Shown here: positions 51,498 through 62,048 of the stretch, in pieces
How the letters are laid out: the number at the start of each line of letters is the position of its first letter
How positions within the stretch are numbered: position 1 is the first letter of the stretch
Assembly: GCA_027923505.1 (NCBI GenBank)
Contig: BROI01000015.1
Coordinates: 124,001 to 188,000, forward strand
Reading direction: 5' to 3'
Length of the DNA: 64,000 nt
Origin: Mayamaea pseudoterrestris
Taxonomy: Eukaryota
Translations under genes and position numbers: made by a program
The notes under the pieces: generated by a model
What the model was told of the DNA's origin: nothing
Database searches by the model: none
What the model saw: the letters and a program-made list of their open reading frames with translations, nothing else

Positions 51498-53138
51498 CTA
51501 ATTGTCAAACTGTAGTTGTACCTTTGCAGTTGTTGAAGGCGATTGTGAATCAGAAATCATTGTTCTGAGCTTGGAAGCAGCCGCCTCGATGGTCTCGTCA
51601 GATTTACAAAAGGCTATCCGAATAAATCCGTCCGACACTCCTTTCTCAGCCTGCTCTTGTGAAAAGAATGGGCTCGAAGGGATGCACAAAAGGCCTTTCT
51701 CTTCTGCCATCCATTGACACAGCGCCCAGTCTTGCCGAGCGATACCTCCAGGCGCAGCCACGTTTGCAGCAAATATTCGATCCTCGGGAACAAGTTCTTG
51801 TATTCCCTTTCCTATCCGAGCAAAAATGAAAAAACCACCGCCAGGCGTAATGCTAAAATTGGGAACAGCAAAACCAGCTTCTGTCAAAGCCGCGACAAGC
51901 ATGTCACGTTTCCGCATGTATTTTTCGCGTAAGTAGTCATAGTAAGAGTCATGCCCTTCATATGGATCATCCGCTCGTGGCAAACTCCTTGCCAAAGCTT
52001 CTTGCATCACAGTTGACGCACAAAATTGCACATAAGGCAGTAGTTGGTGAATTGGCCGTATCAAATGCTCGGGTCCGATGCACCAACCCACTTGCCAGCC
52101 CGTCGCCGAGAACGTTTTCCCAGCTGAGCTGATTGTTATGGTTCGATCCCACATCCCAGGCAAGGACGCGAAATGGACATGGCCGCGGCAAAACAGCGAT
52201 TCGTCTTCAGCACGTGCTACCGGAGGTGCATGGACAATATACTTGTACACTTCGTCCGACAAGACGACGCAGTCTGGATTGGCAAGCTCCAAAGCTTCCG
52301 CAATATACTCCATCTCACTTCGGGAAAAAAGTTTACCAGTTGGATTGTGTGGCGAGTTCAGAATGATGGCACGAGTCTTTGGTCCCACTGCCTTCTTCAA
52401 CAAGTTAAAATCTAGTTTCCATTCTCCTCCGGTGCTTCTTTCGCTGTCCCCTTCGTTGTCAGGTAAGTATGGACAAAAGACGAGAGGGACGTATACGGGC
52501 GTCCCTCCGGCCAATTTAACTTGATTCTGATATAGGTCAAAGAAAGGCTCAAACAAAATCACTTCGTCGCCATGTTCGACCAGTGTCTGTAGTGATAAGT
52601 AGAGCGCTTGGCTAGCGCCAACAGTGACTGCAACCTGGGTGAATGGATGAATATCGCGCCGCAAGTGTTTTTGATATCGACTCGCTAGCTGCTTGACAAG
52701 ATTGGGGTGGCCTTCAGTTCTTGTATACTGATGGGGCGACTGAGCCGAGTCCAAGACTGCTTCAACGAGACTGTCGACGGCGAACTTTGGTGGAAGCCAA
52801 TCCGGAAAGCCTTGACCAAGATTGACTATGTCGGCCTTGTCTCGTGCGATTCTTGAAAACTCAGTCCAAACAGTTGGTTTGGCATCGATCCCAAGCCGCC
52901 GAATTGCTTCACCAATCCTGCTGTTCAACAACGCTGAACGGGGTTCTGAAATATCGGTTTGATCCGAAGGGTTTGCCCCTTCGCTGGGCCATGGTCGTTC
53001 ATTTAAGTGACGGCCAGCGTAATTGTTCCGTGATCCGACGATTGTGTTTCGTGAGCTGGAAAAAGACAGCAATGCGCATGATTCAGTAAACAATAAAACA
53101 ACTTGACTCGCCACTTTTATCAAGGTGCATGATTTCAT
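51498..53138 (-). CDS. Class I PLP aminotransferase (kynurenine/glutamine transaminase-like), probably plastid-targeted
   Basis: NLGQGFPD, QYTR..GHP.L, EPFFDLY, LNSPHNPTGK, SDEVY, SAGKTFSATGW (PLP Lys), IRIAFCK. Signal + Ser-rich transit. Confidence 0.9.
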   Translation of the reverse strand: MKSCTLIKVASQVVLLFTESCALLSFSSSRNTIVGSRNNYAGRHLNERPWPSEGANPSDQTDISEPRSALLNSRIGEAIRRLGIDAKPTVWTEFSRIARDKADIVNLGQGFPDWLPPKFAVDSLVEAVLDSAQSPHQYTRTEGHPNLVKQLASRYQKHLRRDIHPFTQVAVTVGASQALYLSLQTLVEHGDEVILFEPFFDLYQNQVKLAGGTPVYVPLVFCPYLPDNEGDSERSTGGEWKLDFNLLKKAVGPKTRAIILNSPHNPTGKLFSRSEMEYIAEALELANPDCVVLSDEVYKYIVHAPPVARAEDESLFCRGHVHFASLPGMWDRTITISSAGKTFSATGWQVGWCIGPEHLIRPIHQLLPYVQFCASTVMQEALARSLPRADDPYEGHDSYYDYLREKYMRKRDMLVAALTEAGFAVPNFSITPGGGFFIFARIGKGIQELVPEDRIFAANVAAPGGIARQDWALCQWMAEEKGLLCIPSSPFFSQEQAEKGVSDGFIRIAFCKSDETIEAAASKLRTMISDSQSPSTTAKVQLQFDN

Positions 53139-53402
53139 GTTAAGCAGACGGATTGTAGATTATGGGACGCTGCGGCTGATGGCTCCATGGTGACCGTGTG
53201 AACTTCGATGGAACGAAGCAGAACGCGTGACAATGTGATGACGTAATCACGAATTCTGGTGAGTCATTGGTTGGATGACGTATGCACGATTCCGATTTTT
53301 CGTCCTTCTGCGAACCAGCAAGCCTCGTCGTCGCCATGGCGCTTGGTTTGGCCTTGTATGATAGGTACTATAGGCAGCATTTAGGCGGTTTACAAAAACA
53401 TC

Positions 53403-55097
53403 ATGCTGCGACTGGCTGCTGCTTCATCAAAGGTGGTTACGTTGCATACGCTTCGGGGTACCGAACGAGCATTCTGCTCTGCAACCACCAGTGCTCCTCT
53501 CGCACGCCGCAGACCTGGTCGCGTGTTTGGAGGCGCCTTGGCGATAACGACGCTCGGAGGATTTGTTTACATGCATGATGAACTTGGAGGTTTCGAAGGC
53601 CTTTCTCGATCGCTGTCGTTTTACAGTGTCGCCATTCCAAAGTATATTGTCTACCGATTTCACAGCTGGCGACAGAGTCCTGATCATGTCTGGGACGAAC
53701 TCGACAAGGAAACGTCGCAGCAAGGCCTGGATAAGATTTTGGAATTGCAAGGATTTTATGTCAAAGCAGGTCAAATGTGCGCCGCAAACATTGGAAACGC
53801 GTTTCCCGTTATTTGGCGAGACACTATGAGCATCTTGCAGGACCAAGTGCCCGCCCAACCGTTTTCCGTTGTTCGAGAGATTGTATCGAGGGAACTTGAC
53901 TTTGCGCAAACATTCCAGTCATTTGAGGCAGAGCCGATTGGAGCTGCCTCAATCGGTCAAGTGCATCGGGCCATTTTGAAGGATGGTACACGCGTGGTTG
54001 TTAAAGTTTGCTATCCTAATGTGGAGCGTTTGCTCCGAGGCGACGTGCGGACCATCAAGCTGTTTGCGAGACTGGCGCAGCCTGTTCATGTTCCGTCGCT
54101 CGAAGAAGTCGAGGATCAATTTTCGAGAGAGTTCGACTATCGGCAAGAAGCACGAAATCTGGAGCTAGTGCGAAACAATTTACAAAGGGCTGGATTGCTG
54201 GGAATTCTATGCCAAGTCCCGAAGCCGTACCTCAATTTGTGTACGAAGAACGTACTTGTGATGGAGGAGTTGATAGGCGACAAGCTGGTAGACGCTTTGA
54301 GGCAGGATCTTAAGAATAATGCTGAGCGAAATGGGCAAACGGTGGAGCAATTTACGGATAGTGTCAAAAGTAAGGTGAAGTACCTCGAGGGTGCGACCGG
54401 TCCACCTGTTGGACCAACGGCCAAAGATTACGACTTGTATATCAATTTACTGGACTCAAAACGACGCCTGTACAATGCTTGGGTAACGCTATATAACATG
54501 ACACTCGGCTTGGTTGGAGCGACAAAACGTAATTACATGGACAAGAGCAACCTGCCAATTAACCATGCCAAGCTCCTCGACGAGTTAATTTACATTCAAG
54601 GACATGAAGTCCTTGTTGACGGCAAATTTAATGCCGATCCCCATCCTGGAAATATTTTGGTTTGCCGAGCCGCCGATGGAACTCCACAACTCGGTCTAAT
54701 TGATTACGGACAGGTCAAAGATATTGACTCAAAGGAGAAACGCCATTTATTTGCCAAGATCGTCATAGCACTTGACAACGACGATCGGTCAGAAGTTGTT
54801 CGCCTTATGAAAGAAGCTGGATTTAAGTCAAAGCGAATGGATCCCGAAGTCATTTGGTTGTACGCAAAGGTTTGCTACGACGACGACAATGCTGAACTCA
54901 CAGGAGGCAAGCATATTCAAATGTTTATGGAAGACATAGAAGCGCGTGATCCAATTATGGAGCTCCCAAAGGACTTTATTATGGTTAGTCGCTGCACACT
55001 GATGCTTCGAGGCTTATGCCATGCCATGTTACAGAGCCGCAGCATTGCTAGGGCTTGGCGACCTATCGCTGAGCGTGTATTGCGAGAGGACATATAA
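53403..55097 (+). CDS. ABC1/UbiB (ADCK) atypical kinase, probably mitochondrial
   Basis: GFYVKAGQ, LQDQVP, PIGAASIGQVHRA, VVVKV, EFDYRQEARN, ADPHPGN, IDYGQ. Confidence 0.92.
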   Translation: MLRLAAASSKVVTLHTLRGTERAFCSATTSAPLARRRPGRVFGGALAITTLGGFVYMHDELGGFEGLSRSLSFYSVAIPKYIVYRFHSWRQSPDHVWDELDKETSQQGLDKILELQGFYVKAGQMCAANIGNAFPVIWRDTMSILQDQVPAQPFSVVREIVSRELDFAQTFQSFEAEPIGAASIGQVHRAILKDGTRVVVKVCYPNVERLLRGDVRTIKLFARLAQPVHVPSLEEVEDQFSREFDYRQEARNLELVRNNLQRAGLLGILCQVPKPYLNLCTKNVLVMEELIGDKLVDALRQDLKNNAERNGQTVEQFTDSVKSKVKYLEGATGPPVGPTAKDYDLYINLLDSKRRLYNAWVTLYNMTLGLVGATKRNYMDKSNLPINHAKLLDELIYIQGHEVLVDGKFNADPHPGNILVCRAADGTPQLGLIDYGQVKDIDSKEKRHLFAKIVIALDNDDRSEVVRLMKEAGFKSKRMDPEVIWLYAKVCYDDDNAELTGGKHIQMFMEDIEARDPIMELPKDFIMVSRCTLMLRGLCHAMLQSRSIARAWRPIAERVLREDI

Positions 55098-55154
55098 ACG
55101 AAGGACTTTTCCTTGTAACTCAGGTAATATGCTTAGAGATACGATATCTACTTT

Positions 55155-58062
55155 CTAAGTCTCTTGAAAGGCGACCTTATATACGGCGTCGTAATTCTCT
55201 GCATAATGCACTTCCAGTCCTTCTTTCAAATAGTCTGCAACTTCCTCAAAATCTCGGCGATTGGATTCTGGAAGGATGACGCAGGTAATTCCAGCTCTTC
55301 GGGCTCCCATAATCTTTTCTTTTATTCCCCCAACAGGCAACACCTTCCCAGTTAGACTTACTTCGCCCGTCATGGCCAAATCGCATCTAACAGGCGAGTC
55401 AAGAGCCAGCGACAACATGGAAGTGATCATTGTAACGCCAGCCGAAGGCCCATCCTTCGGTGTGGCACCTTCCGGAACGTGGCAGTGAATGTCGTTTTGG
55501 TCAAAGAATTTGCTCGCTGGATAAATAGCATGAAGACGAGCTCGTGAGACTGTATACGCAATCTGTGCGCTTTCCTTCATCACGTCTCCCAGTTGCCCGG
55601 TAATTTTCATCGATCCTCCCCCATTTGGATTTCCCTCACTATCGGTGCTGCGTTTGATGCTCTGCGTTTCAATGTACAACGCAGAGCCTCCCATGGAAGT
55701 ATAGGCGAGGCCCATGGCAATGCCACTGGGCAATGGGTCGTCTTGATAAAGTCGGTCACTTGTGAATATGGGTTTGCCGACATAATCTGAAAGATTTTCC
55801 TCCGTTATCTCCCAGCCTGACTTTCTTTTACTCTTTGCATTCAGTTCCGCTCCTTCATCTTCAGCTACAAACTGCAACGCAAGCTTGCTTGTTATCTTGT
55901 CTATGTATTTCGATAGGCTTCGCACGCCAGCTTCTCTCGCGTACCAACGGACTAGGTTGTGCACAGCCTCCGTTGAAATCTTTAATGTCTCGGGGATCCC
56001 AGGAGCATGTTTTAACTTTTCCAGTGGGGTAGTCAGACTTTCATCAGAAGCACTCGGAGATTCCGCGCCATCTGAATCTTTCGAAATGGAATCCTTCTCT
56101 ACCATAAGGCCGCTTTTCTGCAAAGACTTCGGCACTAGATAATTCTCAGCAATGGCGACTTTCTCTGGCAAATCATACCCAGACATTCGAATGTACTCCA
56201 TTCGATCCAACAGGGGCGCTGGAATTCTTTCCAGCTCGTTGGCCGTACAAACGAACAAAGCTTTGCTGATATCAACCGGTACGTCCAGAAAATGGTCACG
56301 AAACGTAGAGTTTTGGTTTGGATCCAAGACTTCAAGCAAAGCACTCGCAGGGTCCCCGCGAAATCCGCTTCCGAGCTTGTCTATCTCATCAATGAGGATG
56401 ACTGGATTTGAAGTCTTCACTGTCTTGAGGCACTGAATCACCTTCCCAGGCATCGCCCCAATATACGTTCGTCTGTGACCTTTAATCTCACTGACGTCGC
56501 TAAGTCCACCAACACTAAATCGATAAAATTCTCGACCAAGACCATCGGCAATAGACTTGGCAATTGATGTCTTTCCTGCGTCAAGATATATCCAACTGGC
56601 TAAGTGCGCTTCATCAACCTTCAAACTCACGACGAGCTACTAAAAAATACATACCTGTCCCCGGTGGACCAGCTAGACAAAGAATTTTGCCTTGTACCGA
56701 TCCGTGGAGTTTCCCGACTGCAATAAACTGCAGAATCGTGTCCTTGACGTCTTCCAACCCATAGTGATCTCGGTCAAGAATCTGTCTTGCCTTTGTAATG
56801 TCAAAATTCTCTTCCGTCAATACACCCCATGGAACACCGCACAACCAATCCAGGTAGGTGCGAGTCACCTGGTATTCTGGTGACTGCTTTTCGAGTGTTG
56901 AGAATTTGCTTATTTCCGATTCGATAACCTCCATAATGTCGTCTGGAATGCCATCCTTCGGATATGCAGTAAGCTGCGCTCGATATTTCTCAATGAGAGC
57001 ATCCTTATCGTCCTTTTCTAACCCTAATTCTTTCTTAATCGACTTGAGTTGTTCATTTAAAAAGTATTTGCGTTGGGCTTCCGTCATTTTCTCTTCCACC
57101 TTTTGACTAATTTCCTGCTGCAGTCTCGATACTTCGCGCTCGCGACTTAAAAGCACCAGCGCCAAGTGCAATCGCCGCTCTGGATCCTTCTCCTCCAAGA
57201 CTGCCTGCAAATCTTCCGGTGTTCCCGACGCGCATATACTAGCTGCAAAGTCTGCGAGCTTGAAAGGATCATTCGCGTCAACTCGCATTGGACTAAACTG
57301 CAAGTTTTCTCGAAAGAGTTGATTGGATTGCGCAACCTCTCGAATAGTTGCTAGAATTTCGTTCGTCAATGCACGAATTGTTTCACTATTCGGACTTCCT
57401 GCGTAGTATTCGCTGCGAGGCCAGTGTGAGACGGTGACATCAATCGGCGGCCCAATATTGTCAATTGATTTAATGTCGACCCGTCGGTGAGCGAGCAAAA
57501 GTACGGCAGCACCGGTAGACGTCTCTTCTTGGTCGGTCTCTGTATCTGCAGAACCAGTCGTTTTAAGTCCACTTGCTCCAGCCATGTGAATACCTCGCGT
57601 GAGTCGTTGAACCTGCGCAAAGGTTCCAGTGTGATACAAGTCGTCGGTGCTCGTAATGACCTCGGGCGCATGAAGTAAAACACCTCCATCCGCCACGCCA
57701 GATGGATATTTCTTGCGCAAAAAGCAGCTAATAAATGGATTCTCATGAGTATTCTTTTGCAACAGATTTTCGATAGCGACAATGGTTGGTTCATCGGTGA
57801 GTGTGACCGTCGTGATCAGGCTTGGAAACAAAGGTCGAGAAACAAGGGGGAGTGCCAAGCAATGTGGATATCGAGGTGCCCCTTCACCGAATGGAAGCCT
57901 AGACGGCAGAACAACCGAATCACCACTTGTAGACGTTGCTGATGCATCTTTGAAGAAGATGTTAGCATGACTTCGAGTGCAGCCGAGAGACGAAGTTGGA
58001 AAAGATCGAGGACTTAGCGTTCGAAGCGAACTTCTCGTCGTGATCCGCAGCGCTTGAATCAT
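55155..58062 (-). CDS. LONP1: Mitochondrial Lon protease; exons 58062-56655 and 56575-55155
   Basis: Lon N-domain; Walker A GPPGTG|KTS split by intron 56654-56576 (GTATGT...CGCAG, 79 nt); IDEIDK; PKDGPSAG (catalytic Ser); GGIKEK (Lys). Confidence 0.96.
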
Positions 58063-58400
58063 TTGGTCGATATCGTAACCAAGTCTTAGATCGGCAGACG
58101 CGTATTGTCAGATGCGGCAACAAACTATAAACGATGAGGATCAAGTTGTTCGACAGCAATCGACCATGTTCTTTGAAATGGTCTTTCGCGACGATGAGTG
58201 ATGGATGATGATGAGCGCGCCGCGACGTGCGTCATGTCACTCGTATCGGTACTCAATGCGACACATCTACGTATTTCTTTGCGCCACGAAACTACACCAT
58301 GCATCACCGATCCAAACTGCAATGACGGCTGCCGGTGCAATCCAAGGCCATCCATAACTCTTCCTAATCTGTAGTTATATATTGAAGTACTGCCTGGACA

Positions 58401-59162
58401 ATGTCCAGCGAAGAACTCGGAGCAGCTGCAAGCGTCGCAAAGGATGACGATGACGAAGCCTCCAAAGCAGCCGAACAGAACGAGTCGTCCATGACGCCCA
58501 CCACCACCACTACTACCGGTGCTAATAAAAGCGACAATAACATGCCCACTGCCGTCGAATTTGAGCCTCCACTGGCATGCGTGCGTCGCATTTTAAAGCA
58601 TACGTTGCCGTCATCGACCAATGTTGGCAAGGATGCTTCGGCTGCCTTTGCTCGAGCCACTGGGATTTTCATCATCTATTTGACAAGCTGCGCCAACGAC
58701 TTTGCGCGCGAAAACAAGCGACAAACCATCACGGCCAATGATGTATTAGCGGCGACCAAGGAACTTGACTTTGATCAGTTCTTGCCTGACATGACTACAT
58801 TTTTGGAGAATTACAGAGCGACGGAAAAGAGCAAGAAGGATGCCAAGGCCAAGGCTGCCGCTGACAAAGCTGGAACTCCATCAAAGGATGGTGAAGCGCA
58901 CGACCAGGCGGATGATGACGAGGACGATAATGAAAGTCACGATTATCAAGAGGAACAAGATGAGGGGCACAAAAGAGGGCACGATGAGATCTCCGAGGCA
59001 AATGACGACGAAACGTCAGTCACTGCCGAGTCGGCTGCCAAGAAACTCAAGATGGACACGTCCGAGCAAGCAGCTTTTACATCACATGCGGCGGAAGATG
59101 CCGAAGAGACCTCAGCGGTTGCAGAACAATTGGAAGAGGACTCGACGCTAGCTGCAGAGTAA
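58401..59162 (+). CDS. POLE3: Histone-fold protein, DNA polymerase epsilon subunit 3 / CHRAC17 (Dpb4)-like
   Basis: PPLACVRRILK..LP....VGKDA.AA..RA..IFI.YLTS.AND......RQTI.A.DV..A..E.DF, followed by an acidic tail. Confidence 0.85.
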   Translation: MSSEELGAAASVAKDDDDEASKAAEQNESSMTPTTTTTTGANKSDNNMPTAVEFEPPLACVRRILKHTLPSSTNVGKDASAAFARATGIFIIYLTSCANDFARENKRQTITANDVLAATKELDFDQFLPDMTTFLENYRATEKSKKDAKAKAAADKAGTPSKDGEAHDQADDDEDDNESHDYQEEQDEGHKRGHDEISEANDDETSVTAESAAKKLKMDTSEQAAFTSHAAEDAEETSAVAEQLEEDSTLAAE

Positions 59163-59312
59163 ACTACACAGGTACCTGTCAAGTTACAATATAAGTTGTA
59201 GCCAACACTTTCACTAAACATGTATTGACTATTGAACCTTACGTCCTGCAAGCAAATTAAACATTCAGAAGTGTGTGAGAACACCAACATAATGCGATTT
59301 TGCATAGTTGGA

Positions 59313-59549
59313 TGTACATGCTACGGTTATCTCCCATCACGTAATGGCACCAGAGTGCTCGCCAAGGAGTGGGAATGTAGCTTCGACGAAACGATGAGAC
59401 TACCCGCCACAAGGGCAGGCCGTCCCAGTCCTCCCGTCACGTAATCTAGAGCTTTCTGCAATCGCTTATACCTCAGAAGATCCGCAAGCCACCGGAATGG
59501 CATAACAGTCGGCGCGAAACAGGCAAGTGACACTGCTAACATGCGTACA
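59313..59549 (-). ncRNA. Candidate structured non-coding RNA (unidentified)
   Basis: No credible ORF. Minus-strand ends can pair (UGUAC-GC-AUGUUA / UAGCAU-GUACA). Internal stems GCCAU/GUGGC, CCUGCC/GGCGGG and UUCCCA/UGGGAG use G-U pairs that exist only on the minus strand. Confidence 0.4.
59331..59445. repeat. 15-nt direct repeat, 100-bp period
   Basis: CTCCCATCACGTAAT (59331-59345) and CTCCCGTCACGTAAT (59431-59445), 14/15 identical. Confidence 0.9.
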
Positions 59550-59620
59550 AACTGTGACGACTGTACACGCGCAGGCCGAGCTCATAATGTATTCACTTCT
59601 CACACATGCAGCCTCAAGTA

Positions 59621-60711
59621 CTACTTACCATTTTCTGTCACATCCTCGTGGCTTCCTCCCACCATATTTAGTGCGTTCCCGACTCGTGGATCATACAGTG
59701 ACCGTTTCCACCACGGAATCATTTTGCGTGCCAGCATTGGTATATACTCTTCAAACAGTTGAAGCTCAATTGGATCCTTTTTTGCCTGTAGAGCCTGATG
59801 CATGCCGACAAGATACAGTCTCGAGTCTAGCAGTCCAAGCTTTCGAATGACCTTGTCATTGAATGCCTTTTGCTCTTTGGCCGGAACAAGTGCTGCAATG
59901 GTCGGAACCAAATAAACATCTTCCATGTGAAGCATTGATTGTGCACAGCTGGCAATGGCGGCCGATGTGAATGCCACTTTTGCAAGCCCGCTATTTGAAA
60001 GGCTATTTGTCGCACTTTTGGCAATTCGCGACGTCTCCAGCTGCGGCGAGTAACATAAAACGTGCGATGAGTCCGTAGCGTGTGCAAATAGAAAAAGATA
60101 AGAGAAAACTCATGTCTTCAACGTACCAGCAGGGATTCTCCCATACTAATAAGTGCCTTTTGGTCTTGCTCTAGCTGATTCATCACCATGTTGAAAGCGC
60201 GGTCAACGTCGTTCTCGACAAAAATATCAGCGACTTTCTTCCTCGCCCAAGGAAAAAACAGTTCCCTTTCAATTCGATGCAATCCCTTCATATTGAAGTT
60301 CACAACGTAGTCAGACGCCAAATGCAACGCATTCCCAGGCGATAATGTAGTTGCCGATTCTGTCGACTTAGGAACGAAGGACTGCTGCGACATGCTTTCG
60401 GCCAGACGCTGGATCTCCCCAGCTTCTCGAATCAGTGACATGGTGTGCCATCTCCATCCCTGAATATAGAAACGATCTGAATTTTGATCATTGTGAGTGT
60501 TGTCACTGCCGCTGGCACAAGACGCTCTGCGGTTGGCAAGGAACCGAGTCAACGCGGAGCAAGCGTCGGCGATAGCCGTTTGCTTGTCACCACCTCCTCT
60601 GGGGCATGACCATGTTGCAGACGCATTTAATGTCCGAGTTAACAGACACAGAACTGCAACGCTGATAAAGATCCTTGTTATGGTCCGAGGAGATTGTGAC
60701 GAAAGCTTCAT
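59621..60711 (-). CDS. Hemerythrin-like (HHE) domain protein with signal peptide; exons 60711-60127 and 60040-59621
   Basis: WH...IRE, LHRIERELFFPW and LHMEDVYLVP resemble HHE motifs. Intron 60126-60041 (GTACGT...CGCAG, 86 nt) joins two track ORFs in frame. Signal peptide followed by RGGG. Confidence 0.65.
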
Positions 60712-60911
60712 TGCGAGGCGCGTCGCTCCAAGAAATGGATGGTCACGGCTTGGCGCGCTGGCGCGGCAGTGACATTTGCAGTGGCACGGAAAAGACACAC
60801 TCTCCGAACTAATGACGACGACCGACGGCTTTGTGAACAACATGCATGAACAGCACAGCACCATTGTCGTTCTTCAAGTAAAAGTGCAAGCATCAAGATT
60901 TCATTCTGACC

Positions 60912-61964
60912 ATGAGCGTAGCTAGCGGCGCCATTCCCAGCGTGGTCTGGATGATATTCGCCTTCCCAACAATTTTCTGGTTGGTGGCTTACCTCCTTCC
61001 ACAAATCTACATGGTTCTTCGGCCGGTTCCGGACCTCAAGAAGCGCTACCAAGCAGCATGGGCCTTGGTCACGGGAGCTGGAACTGGCATTGGAAAGTCC
61101 ATCGCCTTTAAACTTGCCAACCAGGGTCTGAATGTTGTCATTGTCTCGCTAGACGATTCCTCTTTAAAGGAAACGCTAAAGGAACTGGAAGCTGCCTTTC
61201 CAAAGCAATCCTTTCGATCAGTCGGAGTCAACTTTGCACCAAATGTTGACTACATGTCCAAAATTCGAACGGCAGTTAAAGATATCAACATCCCAATCGT
61301 GTTTTGCAACGCTGGATTCATGGTTACTGGCTTCTTTGATCAAACACCAATTGAAAAGCTGACGGCAAACATTGAATGCAACGCCATGTCGGGCGTTCAT
61401 ATCTCGCATTTCTTTGCGCAGCAACTTGTCAGCAAGAAGCAAAAGGGATGCATCGTCTTTACGAGTAGCATTGCTGCCGCCATTCCGACCCCCTTCGCCG
61501 CCATGTATGCTTCCACCAAGGCGTTCACGAGTCAGCTAGCAGCCTGCCTGCATATTGAGCTACAACCGCTTGGAATTGATGTTTGCGCGATTCATCCGTC
61601 CCCAGTGGCCTCCAACTTTTACAACAATCTCACACATAAGGTGGATATGATTGAAGCAGCGGCAAAGTCGGCCGTCACGCCCGATAGTATAACGGACGAC
61701 ATTTTCAAAAGTATTGGAGCTTGCGCGTGGCGTGACTTGGGAGGTATGAGCTGGTTATTGAATCCATGGTCTATGCGAAAGCTTTTGTCTCAATTGCTGC
61801 TTACTTACGCTTTACTTGCTTACCTCATGTCTTTGTTCACGACAGGCATGGCCATTGGAACGCGCATTGGTACAGTATTTTTGCCGTTTAATTTTTTTGC
61901 CGAGGTGTTTAAATTCGTTGCACCTCAACTACCGGACTGGAAGGTGCACAACAAGAACCGCTAG
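60912..61964 (+). CDS. Membrane-anchored SDR, 17beta-HSD12/3-ketoacyl-CoA reductase-like; exons 60912-61743 and 61846-61964
   Basis: N-terminal TM, DLKKRY.A.WALVTGAGTGIG, NAG, YASTK. Probable in-frame intron 61744-61845. Confidence 0.85.
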   Translation: MSVASGAIPSVVWMIFAFPTIFWLVAYLLPQIYMVLRPVPDLKKRYQAAWALVTGAGTGIGKSIAFKLANQGLNVVIVSLDDSSLKETLKELEAAFPKQSFRSVGVNFAPNVDYMSKIRTAVKDINIPIVFCNAGFMVTGFFDQTPIEKLTANIECNAMSGVHISHFFAQQLVSKKQKGCIVFTSSIAAAIPTPFAAMYASTKAFTSQLAACLHIELQPLGIDVCAIHPSPVASNFYNNLTHKVDMIEAAAKSAVTPDSITDDIFKSIGACAWRDLGGMSWLLNPWSMRKLLSQLLLTYALLAYLMSLFTTGMAIGTRIGTVFLPFNFFAEVFKFVAPQLPDWKVHNKNR

Positions 61965-62048
61965 ATGGAGAATACGTACTTGCGGAGAAAGCACATGACA
62001 GAATATAAAACTTATCATTATCGCACTTAAGCTTTTCGACACCAACCT

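Noticed and set aside
53403..55097. ABC1/UbiB kinase as part of a quinone gene cluster with rquA
   Set aside because: It is ~28 kb away with many unrelated genes between, the family is large, and I cannot assign it to COQ8.
59327..59542. 71-aa minus-strand ORF across the candidate ncRNA
   Set aside because: Short, with no recognisable motif. The base-pairing pattern is better explained by RNA structure, though a micro-protein is not formally excluded.
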